Shown: one piece after another, positions 19,262 through 28,835 of the stretch
Layout: every line of letters begins with the position of its first letter
Position numbering within the stretch: the first letter of the stretch is position 1
The notes under the pieces: generated by a model
What the model was told of the DNA's origin: nothing
What the model saw: only the letters and a program-made list of their open reading frames with translations
The model's database searches: none
Translations under genes and position numbers: made by a program
Source of the DNA: Candidatus Nomurabacteria bacterium
GTDB lineage: Bacteria; Patescibacteriota; Dojkabacteria; SC72; JAHDCA01
Reading direction: 5' to 3'
Assembly: GCA_020632375.1 (NCBI GenBank)
Contig: JACKFR010000002.1
Span: 1-49,994 of the forward strand
DNA length: 49,994 nucleotides

Positions 19262-20551
19262 ATGTCTTCACGTCAGAAAAACAGTGATAAGAAAATCTTT
19301 TCCTATATAGGAATCTTAATGGTAATAGTCGTTTCTTTTGGGGTTGGCATAATGTTTGGAAGGATTGTCGAACCAACTGGCAATCTTTTATCGAGACTCT
19401 TTAGCACTTCACCGTCAAAGATAAAAGAAGTTTCATTTGCAGGAAACACTAGCGGAGAGGATGAGATTACCGAAGTAGACTTTGATGTCTTCTGGAGTGT
19501 CTGGAATATAATGAAAAACGAATATGTTGACGCAAGTGCAGTAGATGAAAAAGAGATGTTTTATTCTGCAATCAAAGGTTTCGTAAATTCTTTTAATGAT
19601 CCTGCGACAGTTTATCTTGATCCTGATGAGACAAAGACTTTTAACGAAGGGACAGAAGGTAAATACTTTTCTGGAATTGGTGCGGAGCTTGGCTATAAAG
19701 ACAATCAGGTTGTTGTGATTTCACCATTAAAGGGATCTCCTGCAGAAGAAGCAGGGTTGAGAGCAGGAGATATTATTATTGCAGTTGACAGTGAAGAACT
19801 AAGCCAAGAAGAGAGTTTGTATGATATTGTTTCTAAAATCAGAGGTGAGGAAGGGAAAGAGGTTGTTTTGACTGTTGTAAGAAAAGATAGCGATAAGCCA
19901 TTTGATATTTTGATAGTTAGAGGGCAGATTACGGTGCCAAGTATGGATTATCAAATGAAAGATGATATTGCTGTAATGAATGTCTCTAGGTTCACTGACT
20001 CTTCACTCAAGGCTTGGGATTCAGAATGGGATACATTGGTTGAAGAAGTTTTGAGTAAAAATCCTGACGGAATTATTTTAGATCTACGAGGAAATCCCGG
20101 CGGCTTTTTCGATGCCGCAGTATACGCAGCAAATGACTTTTTGCCTAAAAAGACAATAGTCGTGAAACAAGAAGACCGTGAGGGTAGAGTAAAAGAATTC
20201 AAAGTTACTAGAAATGGTCGTCTTTTAGATATCCCTGTTGTAGTGGTTGTTAATGAAGGGAGTGCATCGGCATCGGAAATATTGGCCGGAGCACTTCAGA
20301 TGAATAGTCGCGCAGAAGTTATAGGTGTTGAGACCTTTGGAAAAGGAACTGCACAAAGTGTAATTGATACATTGCCGGATCAGTCAAGTGTTCATGTTAC
20401 TGTCGCTAAATGGCTATTACCTGATGGGAGCTGGCTAAATCATGATAATCCAATCGTTCCAGATAAAAAGGTTGAGTTTACTGATGAGCAGTTTAAAGCA
20501 GGGGGAGATCCACAGATGGATGCTGCTCTAGAAATTCTTGGTTCAAAGTAA
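19262..20551 (+). CDS. ctpA: Carboxyl-terminal processing protease (S41) with PDZ domain
   Basis: N-terminal TM, GIGAEL PDZ, LDLRGNPGG, NEGSASASEI and TFGKG. Confidence 0.94.
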   Translation: MSSRQKNSDKKIFSYIGILMVIVVSFGVGIMFGRIVEPTGNLLSRLFSTSPSKIKEVSFAGNTSGEDEITEVDFDVFWSVWNIMKNEYVDASAVDEKEMFYSAIKGFVNSFNDPATVYLDPDETKTFNEGTEGKYFSGIGAELGYKDNQVVVISPLKGSPAEEAGLRAGDIIIAVDSEELSQEESLYDIVSKIRGEEGKEVVLTVVRKDSDKPFDILIVRGQITVPSMDYQMKDDIAVMNVSRFTDSSLKAWDSEWDTLVEEVLSKNPDGIILDLRGNPGGFFDAAVYAANDFLPKKTIVVKQEDREGRVKEFKVTRNGRLLDIPVVVVVNEGSASASEILAGALQMNSRAEVIGVETFGKGTAQSVIDTLPDQSSVHVTVAKWLLPDGSWLNHDNPIVPDKKVEFTDEQFKAGGDPQMDAALEILGSK

Positions 20552-20575
20552 ATAATTTTAATACGATTTATATTT

Positions 20576-21850
20576 ATGGATCAGATTGACTCAAAAGAGA
20601 CGAAGATGCCATCTAGTTCTTCTTCTGCAGAAAATAAACAACCACAGCCTGATTCTTCTAGTAAGATAACGCTTTTGAAAGAGGGTCGGATGAAGAAGCG
20701 AAAAGGATATGCGGGTCTTGGTTGTGCAATGGGGTCTATATTTACTTTGATTTTGCTTACGGTCGGTGTTATCGGTGGAATGTATGTTTATCCGTCCTTT
20801 AATAACTGGTTAGATGACAGGGGGGTTGTTCTTTTCCCATCTCAAAGTCAGACTCTTGATGGCGGGTCGACCGATACAAATAAAAGCTCTTCATCTACAG
20901 TTGTTTCGTCAGACGAAGAATCAATAATTAATGTTGTTAAAGAAAATTCCGAATCAGTTGTCAGTGTGGCTATAACGCAGCTTGAGTTTTCACCGGACTC
21001 TGGCGTTATTAACCAAAATAGCAATATTGGTTCTGGATTTATTGTAGATGGAAACGGTTTGATAATAACTAATCAGCATGTGGTTTCTGACACAGCTTCT
21101 AATTATGTTGTAATAACATCTGACAGTAAAGAGTATAAGGTAAAAGAAATTTTAAGAGATGACCTTAATGATATTGCTTTGCTTAAAATCGATGCAGAAG
21201 GTCTTAAACCGTTGACTCTTGGAGATTCTTCGGCAATTCTAGTAGGGCAGAGGGTCGTAGCTTTTGGTACTCCACTTGGAGAGTTTGCAGGGAGTGTTAC
21301 AACAGGAATTGTTAGCGGCTTAAATAGATCAGTCACAACGGGGACAGGAAGCTTCTTTGGTGTCTCAAAGACATTTGAAGACGTGATCCAGACTGATGCA
21401 GCAATAAATCCTGGGAATTCAGGTGGTCCTCTTTTAAATCTAAGCGGAGAGGTGATAGGTATTAATTTTGCGACTTCATCTGGCGCTGATAATATCTCTT
21501 TTGCTCTGCCTATAAATCGTGTCAAATCGAGGCTTGATGAGTATCGTAAATTCGGGAAATTTGTAAAACCTTATATCGGTATTGAGTACCAAATAATTAC
21601 TGAAGCAAACGCAGCTTCATTTTCAGATATTGTTCCTGGAGCATTTATTCGAAATGTCGTACCCGGAAGTCCAGCCGAGAAAGCCGGCCTCAAAAATGGG
21701 GATATTATAACAAAGGTTGGTGACGAACAAGTAGATACACTTTTCGCTTTTCTGCTTCAACAATACAAAGTAGGGGATAAGGTTGATATGACAGTCTGGA
21801 ATAATAATAAAGCCCGTACGGTTACAGTAACTCTTGGCGAAGCAGAGTAG
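20576..21850 (+). CDS. htrA: HtrA/DegP-like trypsin serine protease with PDZ domain
   Basis: GSGFIV, TNQHVV, DIALLK, QTDAAINPGNSGGPL and a PDZ domain. TM anchor. Confidence 0.94.
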   Translation: MDQIDSKETKMPSSSSSAENKQPQPDSSSKITLLKEGRMKKRKGYAGLGCAMGSIFTLILLTVGVIGGMYVYPSFNNWLDDRGVVLFPSQSQTLDGGSTDTNKSSSSTVVSSDEESIINVVKENSESVVSVAITQLEFSPDSGVINQNSNIGSGFIVDGNGLIITNQHVVSDTASNYVVITSDSKEYKVKEILRDDLNDIALLKIDAEGLKPLTLGDSSAILVGQRVVAFGTPLGEFAGSVTTGIVSGLNRSVTTGTGSFFGVSKTFEDVIQTDAAINPGNSGGPLLNLSGEVIGINFATSSGADNISFALPINRVKSRLDEYRKFGKFVKPYIGIEYQIITEANAASFSDIVPGAFIRNVVPGSPAEKAGLKNGDIITKVGDEQVDTLFAFLLQQYKVGDKVDMTVWNNNKARTVTVTLGEAE

Positions 21851-21851
21851 G

Positions 21852-22703
21852 CTAAGAGCATTTAATAAATCTTGGTCGGTTAAATCTATCCGGGAGTATT
21901 TGAACCGATGAGTAGCTTTGCCTAACATATTCTGCAAGCTGGTTTATTGATCTAGAGTGAGTCTCGATGATTCCACTGAATGAGTGCTTTTTAGATTGTT
22001 CTTTGAGCTGGTCGAAAAGCCTTTTGTAAATATTTATACCGTCTTCGCCACCGTCTAATGCTAGGCGGGGTTCATACTCTTTGACTGAGGGTTCTAAATC
22101 AGACATCTCTGTAACAGGAATATAAGGTAGATTGGCAACAATAAAGACTGTCTTGTGTTGGAATTTGAGATCTGCTAAAAGATCAGATTGGATGAGCTCG
22201 ATTGCTTCGGGTTTGATTAGATTTTCTGAAATGTTGGCTCTTACGACATCGAGAACTGAAATACTTACATCTGAGGCGAGAAACTTCACACGAATCCTTT
22301 GCACCAAAAGTCTTTTATACAAGGAAATAATTACTGCGCCAGACCCTGTTCCGAGATCAATGATTGAAATCTTTTCTTGGTATCTTTGCAGTAAATCTAA
22401 GATAGCAGCTTCAGCAGCCTCTACTAGATCTTCAGTTTCGACTCTTGGTATAAGAGTGTCTTTAGAGACCTTGATTTTGTTGCCGTCAAATATTGTCCAG
22501 CCTCTTATATACTCCCAAGGCTTATTTGCCGCAATATCTGCTAGAACTATGTCTATTTTTTCTAAGTCTCCGCCGGTAAACTCGATAATTTCTTTTGAAA
22601 TGCGACTCGAATCAACATAGCCCGACTGTTCAAGCAGCTGGATAATCTTTGCTTGTTTTTGAAGTAAAGGCTGAGAGGTGAAGTCTCGCTTATTGTGATG
22701 CAT
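21852..22703 (-). CDS. prmC: Release factor glutamine methyltransferase PrmC/HemK
   Basis: PWEYI, TLIPRVETE, DLGTGSG, ANLPYI and EPRLALDGG. ATG 22703 is preferred (14-nt overlap with prfA). Confidence 0.92.
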   Translation of the reverse strand: MHHNKRDFTSQPLLQKQAKIIQLLEQSGYVDSSRISKEIIEFTGGDLEKIDIVLADIAANKPWEYIRGWTIFDGNKIKVSKDTLIPRVETEDLVEAAEAAILDLLQRYQEKISIIDLGTGSGAVIISLYKRLLVQRIRVKFLASDVSISVLDVVRANISENLIKPEAIELIQSDLLADLKFQHKTVFIVANLPYIPVTEMSDLEPSVKEYEPRLALDGGEDGINIYKRLFDQLKEQSKKHSFSGIIETHSRSINQLAEYVRQSYSSVQILPDRFNRPRFIKCS

Positions 22704-23811
22704 TTTCTTGCGCTTTAACTTTTTCCAAGAGTTGCTTGAGGAGTTCTGAGCTAATCTCTTGGAGCATATCTTCAATTTCGCCGTTCATTATACTTTCAAG
22801 GTTGTGCCATGATTTTTTAATCCTGTGGTCTGTAACTCTGCTTTGCGGAAAATTATATGTTCGAATCTTTTCTGCTCTCATTGCCGAGCCAATTTGTGAA
22901 CTTCTTAAATCTGATCGCTTTTGAGCTTCTTCTTGTCGTTTTTTTTCATAAAGTCTGGCTCTCAAAATTTCCATTGCCTTTTCTTTATTCTGTTGCTGAA
23001 CTTTAGTATCTTGGCAGCTTACCACTATGCCAGTTGGGATATGAGTGATTCTCACTGCAGATGTTGTTGTGTTGACAGATTGGCCTCCTGGCCCAGAAGA
23101 CCTCATAGTGTCGACTCTTAAATCTTCCTCTCTAATGTCAACTTCTATGTCTTTTGCTTCAGGTAAAATAGCAACTGATGCCGTTGATGTGTGTATTCTT
23201 CCACTAGACTCTGTAGATGGAATTCTTTGCACGCGGTGAACACCGCTTTCATGTTTTAGATACTTATATACGCTTGGGCCTTTTATTTGTGCGACTAGCT
23301 GCTTAAAACCACCTGACTCACTTATACTTGAGTCAATTATGCTTACTGCCCAATTCTGCTTAACAGCAAAAGCCTTGTACATTCTGAACAAATCTGCAGC
23401 AAAAAGTGCTGCTTCGTCACCACCAGCACCGGCTCTAATCTCTAAGACAACAGATTTTGAGTCGTCAGGGTCGCTTAGTTTTTGTTTAATCTCTTTTTCT
23501 TCGATGTCTGTAAGGAGAGTTTCAATTTCTTGAGTTAATCCTTCTTGTTCAGACTTAGCTATTTCAATAAGCTCTCTCTCAGATCCTGCTTTGATAATAT
23601 CTTCATTTTGCTTGAAAATGCTAAGCTTTCTTACAAGCGAGTTATATAAATCCACCATTTCTGTAGCTTCTGCTAGTTCGGCATTTAAAGATGAGATGTC
23701 TAGATGATCTTCGTGGGCATGAGAAAGTTTCTTTTCAAGCTCAGATTTTTTTTCTTGCAAAGATTTTGACTGCTCTTTGGTTTTATTAGTGAGTAATTCA
23801 AGCTGAAACAT
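22690..23811 (-). CDS. prfA: Peptide chain release factor 1
   Basis: EIRAGAGGDEA, ESGVHRVQRIPST (PxT), GGQ and IRTYNFPQSRVTDHR. Confidence 0.97.
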   Translation of the reverse strand: MFQLELLTNKTKEQSKSLQEKKSELEKKLSHAHEDHLDISSLNAELAEATEMVDLYNSLVRKLSIFKQNEDIIKAGSERELIEIAKSEQEGLTQEIETLLTDIEEKEIKQKLSDPDDSKSVVLEIRAGAGGDEAALFAADLFRMYKAFAVKQNWAVSIIDSSISESGGFKQLVAQIKGPSVYKYLKHESGVHRVQRIPSTESSGRIHTSTASVAILPEAKDIEVDIREEDLRVDTMRSSGPGGQSVNTTTSAVRITHIPTGIVVSCQDTKVQQQNKEKAMEILRARLYEKKRQEEAQKRSDLRSSQIGSAMRAEKIRTYNFPQSRVTDHRIKKSWHNLESIMNGEIEDMLQEISSELLKQLLEKVKAQENASQ

Positions 23812-23864
23812 TTTTATGCTTAAAACAGAATTAAGTACCTAGTAAGAGAGTAGACTGATAAATC

Positions 23865-24206
23865 TTATTTATCAAGCTGTTTAATCATATCCTTGAGAGT
23901 AAGGCCCTTTGTTTGTGGAGTCTTATTACTTTTCGCTGCGAGTTGTTTAGCTCTTCTTGCCATTTCTTTCTCACGTTTAGACCTAAAAGAAGAAGTACTC
24001 TTCTTCTTTTCAACCTGCTTCAGGTATTTATCAATCATACCTTGTGAGTCGACAAGTTTCTGTGCACCGGTAAAGAAAGGATGACACTTAGAACAAAGCT
24101 CTGTTACTATATCTCCGTCTGAGGTCGACCCTATATAGAAAACATTACCACAGGAGCAAGTTACCTTTACATTATTACTATATTTTGGATGAATTCCCTT
24201 TTTCAT
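23865..24206 (-). CDS. rpmE: 50S ribosomal protein L31 (Zn type) with basic C-terminal extension
   Basis: [13 protein letters not shown] and [10 protein letters not shown]. Confidence 0.96.
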   Translation of the reverse strand: MKKGIHPKYSNNVKVTCSCGNVFYIGSTSDGDIVTELCSKCHPFFTGAQKLVDSQGMIDKYLKQVEKKKSTSSFRSKREKEMARRAKQLAAKSNKTPQTKGLTLKDMIKQLDK

Positions 24207-24215
24207 AACGTGGTG

Positions 24216-24224
24216 ATTATATCA
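24216..24224 (-). promoter_or_regulatory. Extended -10 promoter (TGATATAAT) of rpmE-prfA-prmC
   Basis: Perfect TGnTATAAT, 9 nt before the ATG at 24206. Confidence 0.65.
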
Positions 24225-24298
24225 GAAGTCATTTATTTTGGGAACTCCAGGTATTAAAGTCCGAAAGATGATGTAAGTTAACCACTTTAAGATCTTGC

Positions 24299-24327
24299 TT
24301 GACCTGATACCCCCGGGGGTATATTCT
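24299..24327 (+). promoter_or_regulatory. Sigma70 promoter with CsoR/RcnR-type operator in the spacer
   Basis: TTGACC (24299-24304), 17-bp spacer, TATTCT (24322-24327). The perfect 16-bp palindrome ATACCCCCGGGGGTAT lies at 24307-24322, directly upstream of a CsoR-family gene. Confidence 0.8.
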
Positions 24328-24364
24328 TGATTGGAAAGCTCTGCTAATTTTATATAAATCAATT

Positions 24365-24601
24365 ATGCCTAGAAAAGGACCATCGACTTTGCAAGAGCGT
24401 TTACATCGTATTGAAGGCCAGGTAAGAGGAGTAGAGAAGCTCTTAAATAATTCGGAGAGTACTGAAAAGATCTCTGTGCAGATTCAAGCCATAATCTCAT
24501 CTCTTGAGAGTGTAAAAATTGAAATTATAAAAAAACAGCTTAAAGAGGAACTTAATAGAAGCGTTGAGTCTGTAGAAAGCCTTATTGACAAAATCAAGTA
24601 A
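24365..24601 (+). CDS. CsoR/RcnR/FrmR-family transcriptional repressor lacking Cys ligands
   Basis: RLHRIEGQVRGV...QIQAIISSL family signature. 78 aa with no Cys. Confidence 0.85.
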   Translation: MPRKGPSTLQERLHRIEGQVRGVEKLLNNSESTEKISVQIQAIISSLESVKIEIIKKQLKEELNRSVESVESLIDKIK

Positions 24602-24699
24602 GGCGCAAGAACAAATTAATGGGAAACTACACGTTAGCGTCTTTATACTGTAGAATTAAGCTAAGCTGCCTCTTGTAAATTTATTTTCTAGATAATGAA

Positions 24700-25341
24700 A
24701 TGAAGATCAAAAGAATCGGATTTGTAACCTTCAAGCTTTCTTTTAACGAAGTAGACTTAATAACAGACCCACTTTTCTCAATTGATGCTGGTGTAAAGAT
24801 TCCTGCTTTAGATACAGAGATGGTAATTCACAGTTCGCCCGAATATAAAGGAGTTTTAGCACCGCTTGCTGATGCGAAAGTTAGGCAGATAACACCTAAG
24901 AAGAGAGATTTCATTTTAGAAATTTCAAGCCCAGGTGACTATGAATTAGGCGGAGTGATTGTGCGAAGGCCACTTAATTCAGACTTTTTTGTAATAGATG
25001 AAGACACTGTCCGGGTTGTCTATATGGGAGAGGTGTCTCATACAATCGAGCCGAAAGAGCTTGAAAATCTTGGGGATGTAGATGTTTTGATAATGCCAGT
25101 TGGAAATGGAGCTTCATTCCCTAATTATGAAAGGTTAGAGAAGATAGTTTCTGCGATTGACCCTACTTATTTAATCCCAAGCGGGTACAAGGAGAGCGGT
25201 GTTACAATCGTCGATTTGAAAGGTGTTGATGAGTTTGTTAAAAACTTCGGCTATACAAATGTCAAAGAAGAGAACGTACTAAAGGTTAGTGACGGTACTT
25301 CTGTTGAGAATAAAGTCGTTGAGGTAGTTGTTTTAAAATAA
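24700..25341 (+). CDS. Degenerate MBL-fold (Lactamase_B_3-like) protein
   Basis: ITDPL, SPGDYELGGV, YMGE, LGDVDVLIMPVG and PTYLIPSGY follow the MBL layout, but there is no HxHxDH motif. Confidence 0.7.
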   Translation: MKIKRIGFVTFKLSFNEVDLITDPLFSIDAGVKIPALDTEMVIHSSPEYKGVLAPLADAKVRQITPKKRDFILEISSPGDYELGGVIVRRPLNSDFFVIDEDTVRVVYMGEVSHTIEPKELENLGDVDVLIMPVGNGASFPNYERLEKIVSAIDPTYLIPSGYKESGVTIVDLKGVDEFVKNFGYTNVKEENVLKVSDGTSVENKVVEVVVLK

Positions 25342-25361
25342 ATACAGTCGGTTTATAAAAC

Positions 25362-26696
25362 ATGGAGAAAGTCCCTCCACAAAATATTGACGCTGAGAAA
25401 TCTGTACTCGGCTCAATGCTGCTTGATAAAGACGCAGTAATAAATGTTGCCAATATTCTCAGGCCAACCTATTTTTATGATCCCGCACATCGTGATATCT
25501 ATACAGCAGTTACAGAATTGTTTGAAGAGGGTATGCCAATAGATATAGTGACTCTTTCAGACAGGCTTAAAGCAAAAAAGCTTTTAAAAAAGATTGGCGG
25601 AAGAACCTATCTAACTGATCTCGTTGCGATTGTTCCCACTGCTGCACACGCTGAAGAGTATGCAAATATAGTCCGTGCAAGTGCATTGAGAAGAGAGCTT
25701 ATCAGCTCCGCTTCTAAGATTACTCAGTTATCATTTGACGAAGAGATGGATGTTCAAGAAGTTGTTGACCAGTCCGAGCAGCTTCTCTTTGGTGTCGCTC
25801 AGGCAGGGATCTCTTCAAATTTTATTCATATTAAAGACCTTTTAAAGGATGCTTACGAACGAGCTGAAAAAGCAGACCAGCAGGTTTCAAGCCTTGGTAT
25901 CTCTACTGGTTTTAAAGGACTTGACCTTCTTTTAGGTGGCTTCCAGAATTCTGATCTGCTTATTCTCGCTGCACGCCCTTCTGTCGGTAAGACCTCTTTA
26001 TCACTGGATTTCTTGAGGCATGCTGCACTCATCGAAAAAAAGAAGGTTGCATATTTTTCACTTGAGATGGGTAAGAACCAGATTGCAGATAGATTAGTCG
26101 GAATGCAAGCGGAAGTTCCTTTTTGGGAAGCCAGGACAGGTCGCTTAGATGATGAAAAGTTTGAACGGATGGCTAATGCAATGGGAAGATTAGCAGAGTC
26201 TGAAATCTATATTGACGATAAGCCGGGGCAAAGTATAAATGAAATAAGGACAAAGGCTCGCAGATTAGCTTTGGAGAGGGGTATAGAGATTGTATTTGTC
26301 GATTATTTACAACTACTCCATGCAGACAGCAGAGATGGTCGTACTCAAGAAGTCTCAATGATATCTCAGGGTTTAAAAAATATCGCTAGAGAGCTTGATG
26401 TCCCTGTTATAGCTCTATCACAGTTATCAAGAGCAATTGAAAATCGTCAGTCTCGCCGACCCCAACTCTCTGATTTGAGAGAATCAGGGTCGATCGAACA
26501 AGATGCTGATGTTGTGATGTTTATTGACCGAGAAGAAACTTATAATCCAGATACTGAAAGAAAAGGGATTGCAGATCTCATCGTCGCTAAGCATAGAAAT
26601 GGCCCGACTGGAGATCTAGAACTCGCATGGCTTCATAAAATTGCCAGTTTCAGAAATCTGAGAAAAGAAATCCCGAAAGCAGATAATAAAAGTTGA
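25362..26696 (+). CDS. dnaB: Replicative DNA helicase
   Basis: PPQNIDAE, AARPSVGKT, FSLEM, VDYLQL, LSQLSR, SDLRESGSIEQDAD and AKHRNGPTG. No intein. Confidence 0.98.
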   Translation: MEKVPPQNIDAEKSVLGSMLLDKDAVINVANILRPTYFYDPAHRDIYTAVTELFEEGMPIDIVTLSDRLKAKKLLKKIGGRTYLTDLVAIVPTAAHAEEYANIVRASALRRELISSASKITQLSFDEEMDVQEVVDQSEQLLFGVAQAGISSNFIHIKDLLKDAYERAEKADQQVSSLGISTGFKGLDLLLGGFQNSDLLILAARPSVGKTSLSLDFLRHAALIEKKKVAYFSLEMGKNQIADRLVGMQAEVPFWEARTGRLDDEKFERMANAMGRLAESEIYIDDKPGQSINEIRTKARRLALERGIEIVFVDYLQLLHADSRDGRTQEVSMISQGLKNIARELDVPVIALSQLSRAIENRQSRRPQLSDLRESGSIEQDADVVMFIDREETYNPDTERKGIADLIVAKHRNGPTGDLELAWLHKIASFRNLRKEIPKADNKS

Positions 26697-26704
26697 TCTC
26701 TTTT

Positions 26705-26732
26705 TTGAATCAAAGAAGATCGGTGATATAAT
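26705..26732 (+). promoter_or_regulatory. Promoter of tRNA-Leu
   Basis: TTGAAT, 16-bp spacer, TATAAT with a TGn extension (TGATATAAT 26724-26732). Confidence 0.6.
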
Positions 26733-26745
26733 GGGCAAAATGAAC

Positions 26746-26829
26746 GGTCGAGTGGTGGAACTGGCAGACACGCGGGACTCAAAATCCCGTGCTGGCAACA
26801 GCGTGAGGGTTCGACTCCCTCCTCGACCA
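26746..26829 (+). tRNA. tRNA-Leu(CAA)
   Basis: Acceptor GGTCGAG/CTCGACC with discriminator A, D-arm with TGG, anticodon stem CGGGA/TCCCG around loop CTCAAAA, long variable arm, GGTTCGA T-loop. CCA is not encoded. Confidence 0.96.
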
Positions 26830-26860
26830 CATATAGAGATAATTTTGTAGACAAAGTGAA

Positions 26861-27559
26861 ATGAGCTTGGAAGCGACTATATTGGATTTGCTTGACTCAA
26901 TAGGAAAATTTGATTTTACAATCTTGATACAGTTTCTCGCATGGAGTCTACTGCTTATTTGGATTTTTGTTGTTGTGTGGGTTTGGAACGATGCTAAATC
27001 TAGAACAGAAAGCTTCTTTTTTCGCTTCATATGCGCTCTGCTTGTTCTCCCTTTGAATCTTCCAGGTTTGATAATCTATTTTATAATTAGGCCTCAAGAG
27101 ACACTCGAACAGAGCTACTGGACTGATTTAGAAAAAAGGTATCTGCTTTACGAGACTGCAGATTTAGGCTCTTGTGAGCAGTGCGGTTTTGATCTTGGGC
27201 CTGGGTTTAATATCTGTCCTAACTGCAAATTTCAAATAAAAACAAAATGTACCGGATGCGAAGTCATGATTGATAAAGGCTGGCTATTTTGCCCGTTTTG
27301 TGGAGCTGAGTCGGGGAGAGAAGGTTCGAACAGAGTAGATCCAGTTCAGCCGCTTTCTGCAAGACAGACTAAAAGAAAATTTCACAAGAGTGTTAACCCA
27401 GAGTCATCCAGAGAAATACAGAAGTCAGAGTTTTATACAAAATTAGGTCAATCAATTATAAATGTCGTGCAGAAGTTGCGAAAAAGAAGAATTACTGCCA
27501 CTAAATCAAAAAAAGAAAATAAAGACGATTCGTCAAAAGATCCTATGCTAAACGAATAG
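26861..27559 (+). CDS. Membrane protein with double zinc-ribbon domain
   Basis: Two N-terminal TMs, four CxxC pairs (CEQC, CPNC, CTGC, CPFC) and a basic tail. Confidence 0.82.
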   Translation: MSLEATILDLLDSIGKFDFTILIQFLAWSLLLIWIFVVVWVWNDAKSRTESFFFRFICALLVLPLNLPGLIIYFIIRPQETLEQSYWTDLEKRYLLYETADLGSCEQCGFDLGPGFNICPNCKFQIKTKCTGCEVMIDKGWLFCPFCGAESGREGSNRVDPVQPLSARQTKRKFHKSVNPESSREIQKSEFYTKLGQSIINVVQKLRKRRITATKSKKENKDDSSKDPMLNE

Positions 27560-27580
27560 ATTTAATCTCTCTCGGATATT

Positions 27581-28450
27581 ATGGGGGCTGACTTGTACCA
27601 AAGCATAATACAGTTTTTACAAGGCTGGGGGTTTCTTCCATCACTTGGAATTGTCTATGTACTTTCGCTGGTTTTGTTCTGGTATGAGAGCAAGCATGTA
27701 AATAAGGATAGTAACTCAGTCTTTGACCAATGGTTTGTTGCTACCTTTGTAATGATGATTTGGGGTAGGGTTGCTTATGTCATTAATAACTGGGGTGAAT
27801 TCTCAAACTGGTATTGGTTTTATATTCCATATGAAAAATATGGCGATCAAGTTTATTTATTCAGAGCTATGCCATGGAAGCTGTTTAGATTTTGGGATGG
27901 GGGCTTTCTTTTTATTCCAATGTTTCTCTGTTATTTAGTTATAAGCTATCTGTTTGTAGTCTATTATAAGCGGTGGAGATGGCGTGAGATGATGATTGCG
28001 ATATTAGGATCTGCAAATTTCATGCTTGCTCTCACACTTATTTTGTACGGGATATTTATAAATGATGATAATATACGTAATTACGGTATATTTATTTTAA
28101 TTCTGGTTGCAGCATATCTCATTATCACAGCAATACTAAAATTCCTTTATAAAAAGAAAAGAGATATTTTTGTGAAGCTTGGACAATTTATAATTGTGCT
28201 TTTCACGCTTGGAGATATCTGGTTGATCAGCTATATTTTCCTTTCGAGAGGTATTACTGATATCGATACTTACCACGTATATGGTTTTGTTATTTTTGCG
28301 TCATTTATGCTTATGGCGTATATCTATGATGTAAGATCAAACCTCGATCCTGGTGCTGAAGAGTCGGTTCAAAGCTTGGATAAAAAAGAGAGGGGATACA
28401 GCATATTTTTAAGACAAGCAAAGAAGAGTAAGCAGAGTGAAGATAAATAA
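27581..28450 (+). CDS. Divergent prolipoprotein diacylglyceryl transferase (Lgt)-like membrane protein
   Basis: WGRVAYVI...FRFWDGG resembles the N-terminal half of Lgt. Sits upstream of lspA. Canonical catalytic motifs are not recognisable. Confidence 0.6.
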   Translation: MGADLYQSIIQFLQGWGFLPSLGIVYVLSLVLFWYESKHVNKDSNSVFDQWFVATFVMMIWGRVAYVINNWGEFSNWYWFYIPYEKYGDQVYLFRAMPWKLFRFWDGGFLFIPMFLCYLVISYLFVVYYKRWRWREMMIAILGSANFMLALTLILYGIFINDDNIRNYGIFILILVAAYLIITAILKFLYKKKRDIFVKLGQFIIVLFTLGDIWLISYIFLSRGITDIDTYHVYGFVIFASFMLMAYIYDVRSNLDPGAEESVQSLDKKERGYSIFLRQAKKSKQSEDK

Positions 28451-28835
28451 ATTAAAGTCAGTAATCGTCGGTGTCTCTACGACCGGAATTTTGATTCATC
28501 ACTTAATTACGAAGTTTTCTATACGACTTTGCACTGTAAATTCTGGGATATCACTCATAGGGAACACTTTCGGAACAGTCTCTTATACCATAGTTTTAGC
28601 AAATGTTTTTGCCATAGTAATCGTTTTGCTTTCTTTCCTGTATTTTCATAAGAGCGGTTTTATAATTGTCTTTATCGGTGGATTATCTAATCTTGTTGAC
28701 AGAATATTTCTGGGTGGCGTTTGCGATTATTTAAGAATTGGTGCATTGAGATATAATATAAACGACGTTGTTATTGTTATTGGAATAGTTTTTATCATCT
28801 ATGAAATCTTACGAGAAAATACTCAAAATAGTTGA
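28437..28835 (+). CDS. lspA: Lipoprotein signal peptidase II
   Basis: NSGIS, GGLSNLVDRI, VCDY and YNIND (both catalytic Asp present). Confidence 0.82.
   Translation: MKINKLKSVIVGVSTTGILIHHLITKFSIRLCTVNSGISLIGNTFGTVSYTIVLANVFAIVIVLLSFLYFHKSGFIIVFIGGLSNLVDRIFLGGVCDYLRIGALRYNINDVVIVIGIVFIIYEILRENTQNS

Noticed and set aside
23865-24000. L31 C-terminal extension as a novelty
   Set aside because: Basic extensions on L31 are common in CPR, so this is ordinary for the inferred lineage.
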